Origin: Gemmatimonadales bacterium
GTDB taxonomy: Bacteria; Gemmatimonadota; Gemmatimonadetes; Gemmatimonadales; GWC2-71-9
Assembly (NCBI GenBank): GCA_036265815.1
Contig: DATAOI010000049.1
Coordinates: 12,126 to 76,125, forward strand
Direction of reading: 5' to 3'
DNA: 64,000 nt
Part shown: piece after piece, positions 9,840 to 18,133 of the stretch
Position numbering within the stretch: position 1 is the first letter of the stretch
Layout: each line of letters opens with the position of its first letter
The notes under the pieces: generated by a model
The model's database searches: none
Told to the model about the DNA's origin: nothing
What the model saw: only the letters and a program-made list of their open reading frames with translations
Program-made: the position numbers and the translations under genes

Positions 9840-10963
9840 TCCTGCCCGGCGCAACTGTCGGAGTGCTCGGCGGCGGCCAGCTCGGCCGGATGTTCGTGCT
9901 TCAGGCCCGCACCATGGGATACCGGGTGGTGGTGCTCGATCCGGATCCCCAGAGCCCCGCCGGCCAGGTGGCGGACCGGCAGATCATGGCCGCGTACACG
10001 GACGAAGCGGCGCTCGCCGAGTTGGCGGCGAGCTGCGCCGCGGTGACGACCGAGTTCGAGAACGTGCCGGCCGCGACGCTTCGAGAGCTGGGGCGGACCT
10101 GCGTGGTCCGTCCATCCGAGCGGACAGTCGCCATCGCGCAGGATCGGATCGAGGAGAAAGGCTTTCTCGAGCGCGAAGGCTTCGCCACCGCGCGCTACCA
10201 GCCCGTGCGAAACGCGGCCGAGCTCCCCGCTGCGCTGGAGCTGGTGGGAACCCCGGCGCTGCTCAAAGCCAGCCGGTTCGGCTATGACGGCAAGGGACAA
10301 GCCCTGGTCGAGAAGCCGGAGGATGCGGCGCGGGCGTTCGCCCAACTGGGTGGTGTCGCCTGCGTGCTGGAGGAGCGGGTGGTGCTCGAGACCGAGCTAT
10401 CGGTGGTGCTGGCGCGGGGAGGCGATGGCGTTGCGGTCGCGTTTCCGGTGGGAGAGAATCGGCACCGGGATGGTATCCTGGAGACCACGGTGGTCCCGGC
10501 GCGCGTCTCCGCGCGGCTGGCGCGGGAGGCGCGGGAGCTCGCCTGCGCGGTGGCGCAGCGGATGGACTACAGCGGGGTGCTCGGCGTCGAGATGTTCGTG
10601 GCCAACGGCGGGCGCCTGCTGGTGAACGAGATGGCGCCTCGGCCCCACAACAGCGGACACTACACCATCGATGCATGCTCGATCGATCAGTTCGAGCTCC
10701 AGCTCCGGACACTCTGCGGGCTTCCATTGGAGGAGCCGCGGCTGCTGAGTCCGGTGGCGATGATCAACCTGCTAGGCGATCTCTGGATGGGCGGCACTCC
10801 CCGCTGGGAGGAGGCGTTCCGCCGGCCAGGCGTGCGGCTCCATCTCTACGGCAAGGCCGCGCCGCGACCCGGGCGAAAGATGGGGCATCTCAACTGTCTG
10901 GCGGAGGACCCCAACCGCGCGCTCGCGCTGGCCCTCCAGGCGCGTGATGCGCTGCTTCCTTGA
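9836..10963 (+). CDS. purK: 5-(carboxyamino)imidazole ribonucleotide synthase
   Basis: [12 protein letters not shown] and an ATP-grasp body ...RFGYDGKGQ..., ...[12 protein letters not shown]... GTG 9836 overlaps the purE TGA. Confidence 0.92.
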   Translation: MILPGATVGVLGGGQLGRMFVLQARTMGYRVVVLDPDPQSPAGQVADRQIMAAYTDEAALAELAASCAAVTTEFENVPAATLRELGRTCVVRPSERTVAIAQDRIEEKGFLEREGFATARYQPVRNAAELPAALELVGTPALLKASRFGYDGKGQALVEKPEDAARAFAQLGGVACVLEERVVLETELSVVLARGGDGVAVAFPVGENRHRDGILETTVVPARVSARLAREARELACAVAQRMDYSGVLGVEMFVANGGRLLVNEMAPRPHNSGHYTIDACSIDQFELQLRTLCGLPLEEPRLLSPVAMINLLGDLWMGGTPRWEEAFRRPGVRLHLYGKAAPRPGRKMGHLNCLAEDPNRALALALQARDALLP

Positions 10964-10978
10964 CTCTCCATTCGCAGG

Positions 10979-11584
10979 ATGCCGACGATGCCATTGGTCA
11001 CCCTTCTCACCATCGCTTCGTTAGCCGGCGCTACACCGGCTCCGATGCGGCCGTTCGCACCGGTCGCGGTGGACACCGCCTGCCAGGTGCTCCATCCGAA
11101 GACCACCCCGGCAGAGGGCCGGAAGAGCCCGCTCGACTCGCTCACCTTCCAGGTTGCCCAGCAGCCCGTGAAACTGTGCTATGGACGACCCTCCTCCCGT
11201 GGGCGGGTGATGATCGGAGGAGAGAACGTGCCGTTCGGAAAGCTCTGGCGCACCGGGGCGAACGAGCCGACCATCTTCTTCACGCCCGTGCCGATCACGG
11301 TGGCCGGCATCAAAGTGCCGCCGGGGAAGTATTCGCTCTACACCGTCCCGGGCGCTAAGGAGTGGCAGGTGATCGTGAACCGGTCGACGTCGCAGTGGGG
11401 TGAGGAGAGCAACTACACGCCCGCGGTCAAGGCGCAGGAGGTCGGGCGCGGCACCGTCCCTGTCGAGCAAGTCAAGACGCCTATCGAGACCTTCACCATC
11501 CGGGCGGCGCCCGGCGCCGGGGGCGCCGGTCTGGTGCTGGAATGGGAGAGGACCCGGATCCGGATTCCGATCGCGCAGGCATGA
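10979..11584 (+). CDS. DUF2911-family secreted protein
   Basis: Signal-peptide-like N-terminus. ...GKLWRTGANEPTIFFTPVPITVAGIKVPPGKYSLYTVP... matches my recollection of the DUF2911 pattern. Confidence 0.7.
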   Translation: MPTMPLVTLLTIASLAGATPAPMRPFAPVAVDTACQVLHPKTTPAEGRKSPLDSLTFQVAQQPVKLCYGRPSSRGRVMIGGENVPFGKLWRTGANEPTIFFTPVPITVAGIKVPPGKYSLYTVPGAKEWQVIVNRSTSQWGEESNYTPAVKAQEVGRGTVPVEQVKTPIETFTIRAAPGAGGAGLVLEWERTRIRIPIAQA

Positions 11585-11600
11585 GCCGGCCCGATCTGGG

Positions 11601-12854
11601 CTATCTGACCAGCCTCTCGACGCCCGCGACGAGCCGGTCGACCTCTTCCTCCGTGGTGTAGCAGGCGCAGCCGGCGCGTACCAGACCTTGTGCGGTCAGC
11701 CCCAGTCGCGCCACCACCGTCGTCGCATAGAAGTCACCGGTGGAGACGAACACACCGTCTCCGGCCAACGCGACGGCCACTTCCTCCGAGCTTCGACCAG
11801 CAACGGTGAACGCCACGGTGGGCGTGCGTGGCTGACCCGGCGGAGGCCCGTACAACATCACTCCCGGCACGGCCGCGAGCCCGTGCCAGAGCCGCTGCAA
11901 CAGCGCCTGTCCCCGGGCGTGCAGCTCGCCGAAGCTCCCCACCAAACGCTCCCGCCTGGTTCCACCCTCTGCAAGCGAGCCGAGGAACTCCACGGCCGCC
12001 GCGGCCCCCGCGATCCCTTCGTGATTCTGCGTGCCAGTCTCCATCCGTTCAGGAGCCGTCTCCGGGGCCGGATCGAGCTTGGGCACCTGCAGCCGCTCGA
12101 GCCGATGCTTTCGCCCATACAGAATGCCGAGGTGGGGCCCGTAGAACTTGTAGGCCGAGCACGCCAGGAAGTCGCACTGGAGAACCCGGACGTCGACCAG
12201 CTGATGGGGGGCGTAGTGCACCGCATCGACAAAGCTCATCGCCCCGGCGGCCCGTGCCAGCTCCGCCGCTCGAGCCACGTCAGTGATGGTGCCGAGCGCG
12301 TTCGATGCCGCTCCCACGGCCACCAGCCTGGTGCGCGGGCCGAGCGCCCGCTCGAAGGCCGTCCAATCGAGCTGCCCCGTGCCGGGCACCATCGGCACGC
12401 TGCGGATGGTGACGCCCCGCTCGCGCTCGAGCGCCCGCCACGGCGCCACGTTCGCGTGATGATCGAGCTCGGTCACGACCACCTCGTCGGTGGGCCCCCA
12501 CCCGCGGCCGAGCGCCCGCGCCAGGTGAAAGGTGAGCGTCGTCATGTTGGCGCCGAATGCCACTTCCGTGGGGTCAGCTCCGAGCAGATCGGCCAGTGCC
12601 GCGCGGGCCGACGTGATCATGGCGTCGGTCTCTTGGGAGGTGGGATAGTGCCAGTGGGTATTGGCGTTGTGATGGAGCAGGTAGTCGGCCATGGCATCGG
12701 CCACGGCGCTCGGGACCTGGGTGCCGCCGGGCCCATCGAAGTAGGCCACCGGGTGGCCACCGTGGCGCCGTTGGAGAGCGGGGAACTGCGCTCGAATGCG
12801 CTCGGTGGAGGCAACCGTGGTGGCGGCAGCAGGTGCGGTCCGGGTGGCGTTCAT
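11601..12854 (-). CDS. class-V aminotransferase / cysteine-desulfurase-like protein
   Basis: ...YFDGPGGTQVP..., ...TELDHHANVAPW..., ...FLACSAYKFYGPHLG... (PLP lysine in SAYK). ATG 12854 follows GAGAGAAG; GTG 12866 is an alternative start. Confidence 0.85.
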   Translation of the reverse strand: MNATRTAPAAATTVASTERIRAQFPALQRRHGGHPVAYFDGPGGTQVPSAVADAMADYLLHHNANTHWHYPTSQETDAMITSARAALADLLGADPTEVAFGANMTTLTFHLARALGRGWGPTDEVVVTELDHHANVAPWRALERERGVTIRSVPMVPGTGQLDWTAFERALGPRTRLVAVGAASNALGTITDVARAAELARAAGAMSFVDAVHYAPHQLVDVRVLQCDFLACSAYKFYGPHLGILYGRKHRLERLQVPKLDPAPETAPERMETGTQNHEGIAGAAAAVEFLGSLAEGGTRRERLVGSFGELHARGQALLQRLWHGLAAVPGVMLYGPPPGQPRTPTVAFTVAGRSSEEVAVALAGDGVFVSTGDFYATTVVARLGLTAQGLVRAGCACYTTEEEVDRLVAGVERLVR

Positions 12855-13111
12855 GGCTTCTCTCACTGGGTTTGAATGGCAGACATATCACCTGAGATCG
12901 CAAGCCTCAAATACCACATAAATAATGGCTTACAGCACAACATTGAACAAGAAACACCGTTGTCTAGCCTGTTTCAGGCTTGGAATCTGACCCCCACGCC
13001 CCCCGGCGCGCCAGAACCGATTCCGCCCGCCCGCAGTGCGGACTACCGAGGATTTTGCTCGCTTCAGCCAATGCTCGCCGGAGGAGGGAGGGAGTCGGCC
13101 CGTTCGCCGGC

Positions 13112-13939
13112 TCAGAGGTACAGCCGCCGCAGCATGTCGGCCGTCGACTCGTCCACCAGTTCGGCGCTCCGAAGCCGCTCGAAGCTGTCCAGCAGCTCCT
13201 CGACCCTGAGCTGGCGCTTCCGGGCGCCTCCGATGCTCTGGACGATACGGCCCTGGTGCATGAGCACGAGCCGGTCACCGAGCGCCACGGCCTGCTGCAG
13301 CGAGTGGGTCACCATCAACGTGGTGAGCCCTTCCTTCCGGATGATCTGATCGGTCAGCTGCACCACCTGCTCGGAGCTTCGCGGGTCAAGTGCGGAAGTG
13401 TGCTCGTCCAGCAGGAGGATCTCGGGCCGAACCAGCGTCGCCATCAGCAGGGTGAGGGCCTGGCGCTGCCCGCCGGAGAGTGTGCCGACGGGCATGTCGA
13501 GGCGATCCTCCAGGCCGACGCCGAGCTCACGCACCCGCGCCGCCAGGTCGCGCCGGCGGCTTCGGGCCAGCGCGCCCCGCAACACGCCGCGGCGCCGGCC
13601 GCGCTTGGCAGCCACCGCCAGGTTCTCGGCCACTGTGAGCTGGGGGATGCTGCCGGTCACCGGATTCTGGAACACCCGGCCCACCAGCGCGGCACGACGC
13701 CACTCCGGCCATCGGGTCGCGTCCTGGCCGGCGAGCTCCACCCTTCCCCGGTCGGTCTGCAGCGCTCCGGCAATGGCGTTGAGCAGGGTCGACTTTCCCG
13801 AGCCGTTGCCGCCGATCACGACGACGAAGTCCCGCTGCTCCATGGTGAGGTCCACGCCCTGGAGCGCCCGCTGCTCGGTGGGAGTGCCGGGAAAAAAGGT
13901 GTGATGCAGATGCTGCACCACCAGTGCGGGCGCCGTCAT
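13112..13939 (-). CDS. ABC transporter ATP-binding protein (COG1101-like, with C-terminal extension)
   Basis: Walker A GGNGSGKST, signature LSGGQRQ, Walker B LLLDEHTSALD. ATG 13939 overlaps the permease TGA (13936-13938). The upstream part of the 464-aa track ORF is Arg/Gly-rich shadow sequence. Confidence 0.9.
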   Translation of the reverse strand: MTAPALVVQHLHHTFFPGTPTEQRALQGVDLTMEQRDFVVVIGGNGSGKSTLLNAIAGALQTDRGRVELAGQDATRWPEWRRAALVGRVFQNPVTGSIPQLTVAENLAVAAKRGRRRGVLRGALARSRRRDLAARVRELGVGLEDRLDMPVGTLSGGQRQALTLLMATLVRPEILLLDEHTSALDPRSSEQVVQLTDQIIRKEGLTTLMVTHSLQQAVALGDRLVLMHQGRIVQSIGGARKRQLRVEELLDSFERLRSAELVDESTADMLRRLYL

Positions 13940-14877
13940 CCGCCCTCCGCCACCCGCTCGGCTCGTCGGCGGCGCAGTCGGCCGACGACCGCCGGCACCA
14001 CCAGCGCGCCCAGGACGAACACCGCGGTCCCCAGCTTGAGCGTGTCGGACGGAAGCCCCGCCACCAGCGCGCCCGCTACCAGCAGCCGGAACACGACAGT
14101 CCCGGCAAGCGTGCCGGCGATCTGTCGCCGGAGACCGCGTCGGCCCAGCAGCCCCTCGCCCAGCACCAGGCAGGCGAGCGCCGTCACGATGATCCCGATC
14201 CCCATCGAGATGTTGGCGAAGCCCTGGTACTGCGCGAAGAGCGCACCGGCCAGAGCCACCAGCCCGTTGGCGAGCAGCAGTCCCAGCGTCACCATGATCC
14301 CGGTGTGGATACCCAGCGCGCGCGACGCCTGCGCATTTCCTCCGGCGGCGCGCATGGCGAGTCCCAGGTCCGTGCGTAGAAAGCGGGCGAGCACCCAGAT
14401 GCTGAACAGCACGAATACCACGAACACCGCGAGCGAGGAGAACAGCCCCGCCCCGAGGCTGGTCCCGCCGATCTCGACCGTCTCCGGCAGATGGAGGGCG
14501 TGCCACGCCGACTCGGCCACATCGGGAAGCGTGTACGCCGAGCCGAGGGAGAGATTGCCGCTGCCCATGATCCGGAGCTGGATGGTGTACAGCGCGGTCG
14601 TCACCAGGATTCCGCCCAGCAGCGTGTCGATGCCGAACACGACGTACATGAGCCCGGTGGTCGCGCCGGCCAGCCAGCCGGCCGCCGCCGCGGCGACCGT
14701 GGCCAGGACCGGGTGCACCCCGGCACTCAGCAGCGCCGCGGCAACGGCACCGCCCAGCCCGAACGACCCGTCGGTCGTGAGGTCGAGCCGTCCCATCACC
14801 CGAAAGGTGATGAACACGCCCAGGGTGAGCAGCGAGAGGAGGAAGCCCATCGACAGCGTGCCGATGAGCAGGTTCAC
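13936..14877 (-). CDS. ABC transporter permease (BPD_transp_2 / COG4120-like)
   Basis: 313 aa, highly hydrophobic with many TM helices (MNLLIGTLSMGFLLSLLTLGVFITF...). GTG 14877 overlaps the TGA of the upstream STAS gene. Confidence 0.88.
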   Translation of the reverse strand: MNLLIGTLSMGFLLSLLTLGVFITFRVMGRLDLTTDGSFGLGGAVAAALLSAGVHPVLATVAAAAAGWLAGATTGLMYVVFGIDTLLGGILVTTALYTIQLRIMGSGNLSLGSAYTLPDVAESAWHALHLPETVEIGGTSLGAGLFSSLAVFVVFVLFSIWVLARFLRTDLGLAMRAAGGNAQASRALGIHTGIMVTLGLLLANGLVALAGALFAQYQGFANISMGIGIIVTALACLVLGEGLLGRRGLRRQIAGTLAGTVVFRLLVAGALVAGLPSDTLKLGTAVFVLGALVVPAVVGRLRRRRAERVAEGG

Positions 14878-16139
14878 GCGGTGGTCACCCGGGTGATCGG
14901 GCCGACCCAGCAGAGACCGCGACGGAAGGTGCTCTGGCCCGAGCCGGCGGCGCCACGGTCATCGCCCAGGAGGTGCAGCACGCCGCGCACGCGCTGCTGG
15001 GCGTAGAGCCGGGTGACCAGGGCACGAAGGACCACGGTCCGCTGCGGCACCGGCCGGTAGGTGAAGACCACGGCGTGGAAGTGGCCGAACACGTCGCTTC
15101 CGGCCGCGACCGGCCGGAGCCGGGGCGCCAGGATCTGGTCCGGCCGCCGGGAGACCACACCCGCCACGAGAACAGTGGTGCCCTGGTGGGTCGGCTGCGG
15201 CGTGGTGCCGAGCCAGTCGCGCACGCCCTGTACGTCGAGCCGCACGCGGGAGAGAATCGTGCCTGGGCTGTGGCGAAGCCAGGCACCCACCAGTCCCGCC
15301 GCCTCGGCCACCATCACGAGTCCGGCGGTCTCCTGACCGGTGTCGTCGAGCGTGGCGCCGGCGATCTCCGAGAGCGGGACGGGCTCGGTCTCGGAGGGGC
15401 TGGAGAAGCGCTGCAGCACGGAGAATCCGCCCCGGCAGATGAGCCCCGACACCAGCAGGGTCTTGGGCGCGCGCCCGCCGAGTCCCACGTCGAAGTCCGG
15501 CACCTGCGTCCCCAGCGTGGGCAGATGCGCGACCGCGCCGCCCGCGGCCACGATCTCGCCCAGCCGCGGGCCGGCCTCGGTCTTCCCTTCCCCCAGCGCG
15601 CCGATGCCGAGGCCAAAGGAATTCTCCGGGAACTCGAAGGTGCCGTAGTCGGTAGACTCGATCCACCCGCGGACGCCTGCGTCGGCGCGCCCGTGCACCT
15701 CGCAGGAGAGTTGCGCCCAGGGCTCCCGCGATGAGACTTCGAACACGCCCCGGGGCGCCACCGCGGTTGGCGAGCGCCAGTCGTCGCGGGTGTGCTCGCT
15801 GAGCTGGCTGGAGGGCGAGGAGACATCAGCGGGTGCGGACTGGACCAGCAGTTTCGGAAGAAGATCGGCCCGCGTGAGCGCCGCGGCTGCCACCGGTGAG
15901 GGCGACATCACCCGGAGCTCGCCCCGGGCGGACGCATAGTCCTGGTGGGCCTGCTGCAACGCCTGAGTCCCGGGCGAGCTCAGGTAGCTCACGTCGCTCA
16001 TGTCCAGCACCACCGACCGGCGCCCTTCGCGGAGCAGGCGCTCGAGCGTGTCGGCCACCTGAAGCGCGGCCTCGCCGTCCAGACGGCCGGCGAGGTTGAC
16101 GACAGTGGCGGCGCCATCGGCGGTGGTCGAGATGTTCAC
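14874..16139 (-). CDS. STAS (anti-sigma-factor-antagonist-like) domain fused to an unassigned ~310-aa C-terminal domain
   Basis: N-terminal ~100 aa ...VVNLAGRLDGEAALQVADTLERLLREGRRSVVLDMSDVSYLSSPGTQALQQA...GELRVMSPSP is STAS-like. The rest has no motif I recognise and no TM helix or signal peptide. GTG start. First cistron of the ABC operon. Confidence 0.8.
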   Translation of the reverse strand: MNISTTADGAATVVNLAGRLDGEAALQVADTLERLLREGRRSVVLDMSDVSYLSSPGTQALQQAHQDYASARGELRVMSPSPVAAAALTRADLLPKLLVQSAPADVSSPSSQLSEHTRDDWRSPTAVAPRGVFEVSSREPWAQLSCEVHGRADAGVRGWIESTDYGTFEFPENSFGLGIGALGEGKTEAGPRLGEIVAAGGAVAHLPTLGTQVPDFDVGLGGRAPKTLLVSGLICRGGFSVLQRFSSPSETEPVPLSEIAGATLDDTGQETAGLVMVAEAAGLVGAWLRHSPGTILSRVRLDVQGVRDWLGTTPQPTHQGTTVLVAGVVSRRPDQILAPRLRPVAAGSDVFGHFHAVVFTYRPVPQRTVVLRALVTRLYAQQRVRGVLHLLGDDRGAAGSGQSTFRRGLCWVGPITRVTTA

Positions 16140-16144
16140 GACCC

Positions 16145-16173
16145 ATCATACCCACGGCCCCATCCCGGTTCAA
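16145..16173 (-). promoter_or_regulatory. sigma70-like promoter TTGAAC-N17-TATGAT ending 5 nt before the GTG of the STAS gene (leaderless transcript predicted)
   Basis: The - strand reads TTGAAC cgggatggggccgtggg TATGAT gggtc GTG. The -35 is at 16168-16173, the -10 at 16145-16150, and the start codon at 16137-16139. Confidence 0.4.
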
Positions 16174-16200
16174 CGCAGCGAGGGAGAGCCGCAAACAAAC

Positions 16201-16230
16201 GGCGGGCCCGCCCGAGAAGGCGGACCCGCC
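16201..16230 (-). terminator. intrinsic terminator downstream of ssrA
   Basis: On the - strand: GGCGGGTCCGCC-TTCTCG-GGCGGGCCCGCC, followed by GTTTGTTTG. This is a 12-bp stem with one G.U pair; on the + strand the same position would be a C.A mismatch. Confidence 0.6.
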
Positions 16231-16245
16231 GTTGTCGATTGTCGA

Positions 16246-16610
16246 TGGAGGCGCAGGGAATCGAACCCTGGTCCGAATAAGCGTCCAGAATTGCGTCTAC
16301 GTGCGTAGGCTCGGCTTGCTACCGTGGCCGCGGGGCGGTGCCGAACCGACCTCCCCTTGGTCTATCTCCTGAAAGATCTCACCGTCCGCGCCGGAGCGAC
16401 GCGTTCGGCCAGCCCGGGTTTGCGATTCGACAGGCGGCGCTCCGGGCGGGCTCCACCAGCCGAAGGCGCGTCAAGCGAGCGTTAGCTCAGCTTACGCGGC
16501 CAGTGCCAGTTCAGTATTGGCAGTTGAAACGTTCCAGACGGTTTTACCAGGACTCTGGACCTGGGCACGCTGCCATTCCTTCAACAAACCCGTCGAAGCC
16601 AGTCGCCCCC
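16246..16610 (-). ncRNA. ssrA: tmRNA (SsrA), 365 nt without CCA
   Basis: 5' GGGGGCGACUGGCUUCGACGGG... parallels the E. coli GGGGCUGAUUCUGGAUUCGACGGG. 3' ...GGACCAGGGUUCGAUUCCCUGCGCCUCCA has a T-arm plus an acceptor stem whose 3' strand pairs with the 5' end, including G3.U. The internal tag ORF GCC AAU ACU GAA CUG GCA CUG GCC GCG UAA (16492-16521) encodes ANTELALAA. CCA is not encoded. Confidence 0.9.
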
Positions 16611-16675
16611 TCGGGAGTGCTGAATATAGCCGGACCCAGGGCCTTCTGGTAGCCGGGCGGGGTATCCGCAAGGGC

Positions 16676-18133
16676 CTATTTCCCGGCTTTTTCCACTCGG
16701 TTCCTGCCGCTGTTCTTGGCCACGTACAGGGCTGCGTCGGCCTGCCCCGGCAAGCTTGGAACGCTCCGCCCCGTCTCGGGACAGGCAGCCACCCCGAACG
16801 AGGCGCTGAGCGGCCAGGAACGCCCGCGCCAATCCCAGGGGGTCGTGCCCAGCTTGATCCGAATCCGCTCGGCGATCCGGGCCCCGGTTTCCAGGTCCGA
16901 CTTGGGAAGCCAGACGGCGAACTCCTCCCCGCCGATGCGGGCGGGGACGTCACCGGAACGGATCTGCCCCTGGATGATTCTCGCGAAGTGGATCAGCGCG
17001 GCGTCGCCCGCGGGGTGGCCCAGGGTGTCGTTCAGCAGCTTGAAGCGATCCAGGTCGGCGTACACCAGCGCACCCTCGCGTGGACCCCGCGGCTCGGCCT
17101 GGGCGATCAGCTCGTCGAACCTGCGCCGGTTAGCCAGACCGGTGAGCCGGTCGGACGCCGCTTCCGCTGTTCGCTTGTCCCCCTCGACTGCCCGGGCCAG
17201 CCGTGGACCCGCGTTCGCCACGGCCTCCATCAGCTCGGCGAGCGCCGCTCCGGTAGGTTCGCGCCCGCCGGGCGGCCAGATGGCCACGGCGCCGAACGCC
17301 ACGTCGCCTACCAGGATCGGCAGCAACATGACGATTCCGTGGCGCTGCCGGCGGTCGGCCACGACGCCGCCCAGGGGGTCGCCCTCCATGGTGAGCTGGG
17401 GGACCTCGCCGCGGGCCACCCGCGCGAGGTCGGAGATCTCGGGCACCACCATGTCGAGCAGCCGCCGGTCACCGCGGCCGGAGACGCCCACCACCCGGAC
17501 CTGGGGGAGCGGCGGGAGCGAGCCCAGGGTGCCGGCCATGGGTGCGCCCAGGGGATCGGTGGCGGCCACGATGACCTGCGCGTCGAGCGCCCGCTCCAAC
17601 TGATAGGCCAGGCGGAGCCCCACGCTTCCGGTGGACTCGAGCGAGGCCTCCTGTGTCTGCGCCTGGGCCAGGGCCACGATCTGCGGACGGCGGCGGGTAC
17701 CGTCGAGCAGGCGTTTCAGGTCGGCCTCGACCAGGTCCAGCCGGCGTGCATCGAAGGCCGTGGGCAGCAGCAGTGCCACCGCCGTGCCGGTGGCCGCGTG
17801 GAACACCAGGGTGCCGCTGTCCAGGCGCTCGGCGCCACTCTGTTCCTGGTCGCGCGCGCGCTCCAGACGGCGGTCCACCGCGACGATCTGCGCCACCGAG
17901 AGCCGTTCGGAGTCCACGATCCGCTCCGCGTGCGGCTCCTTCTCCTGCGGGTCCAGCTCGGCCACCCAGACGCCCAGCGCGCCGTAGGACCGGCGGAGCC
18001 ACTCGAGGGCGGGATCGGGCAGGAGGTGCGGCCCCACGCCGGCGGCCGTCTGGACCGCTCCCCGGCGGCGGGCGGACAGCCACCCCACGGCGCCTCCGGC
18101 GGCGGCGGCCAGGAGCAGCCCGATTACGCTCAC
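16676..18133 (-). CDS. diguanylate cyclase (GGDEF) with N-terminal TM helix and unassigned sensor region
   Basis: C-terminal ...DRFKLLNDTLGHPAGD...RSGDVPARIGGEEFAVWL... has a GGEEF active site and an RxxD I-site 5 residues upstream. GTG 18133 overlaps the corA TGA (GTGA); GTG 18145 is an alternative start. Confidence 0.9.
   Translation of the reverse strand: MSVIGLLLAAAAGGAVGWLSARRRGAVQTAAGVGPHLLPDPALEWLRRSYGALGVWVAELDPQEKEPHAERIVDSERLSVAQIVAVDRRLERARDQEQSGAERLDSGTLVFHAATGTAVALLLPTAFDARRLDLVEADLKRLLDGTRRRPQIVALAQAQTQEASLESTGSVGLRLAYQLERALDAQVIVAATDPLGAPMAGTLGSLPPLPQVRVVGVSGRGDRRLLDMVVPEISDLARVARGEVPQLTMEGDPLGGVVADRRQRHGIVMLLPILVGDVAFGAVAIWPPGGREPTGAALAELMEAVANAGPRLARAVEGDKRTAEAASDRLTGLANRRRFDELIAQAEPRGPREGALVYADLDRFKLLNDTLGHPAGDAALIHFARIIQGQIRSGDVPARIGGEEFAVWLPKSDLETGARIAERIRIKLGTTPWDWRGRSWPLSASFGVAACPETGRSVPSLPGQADAALYVAKNSGRNRVEKAGK

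Noticed and set aside
12876-13349. 157-aa + strand ORF starting in the AT-rich patch.
   Set aside because: Most of it is antisense to the ABC ATPase gene, which has Walker A/B and signature motifs. There is no SD, and the composition is implausible.
10979-16246. Possible genomic island integrated at the 3' end of ssrA.
   Set aside because: There is no integrase, no phage or mobility genes, and I could not find a second copy of the ssrA 3' segment (tggaggcgcagggaatcgaacc) downstream. Composition is similar to the core genome apart from the short AT-rich intergenic patch.
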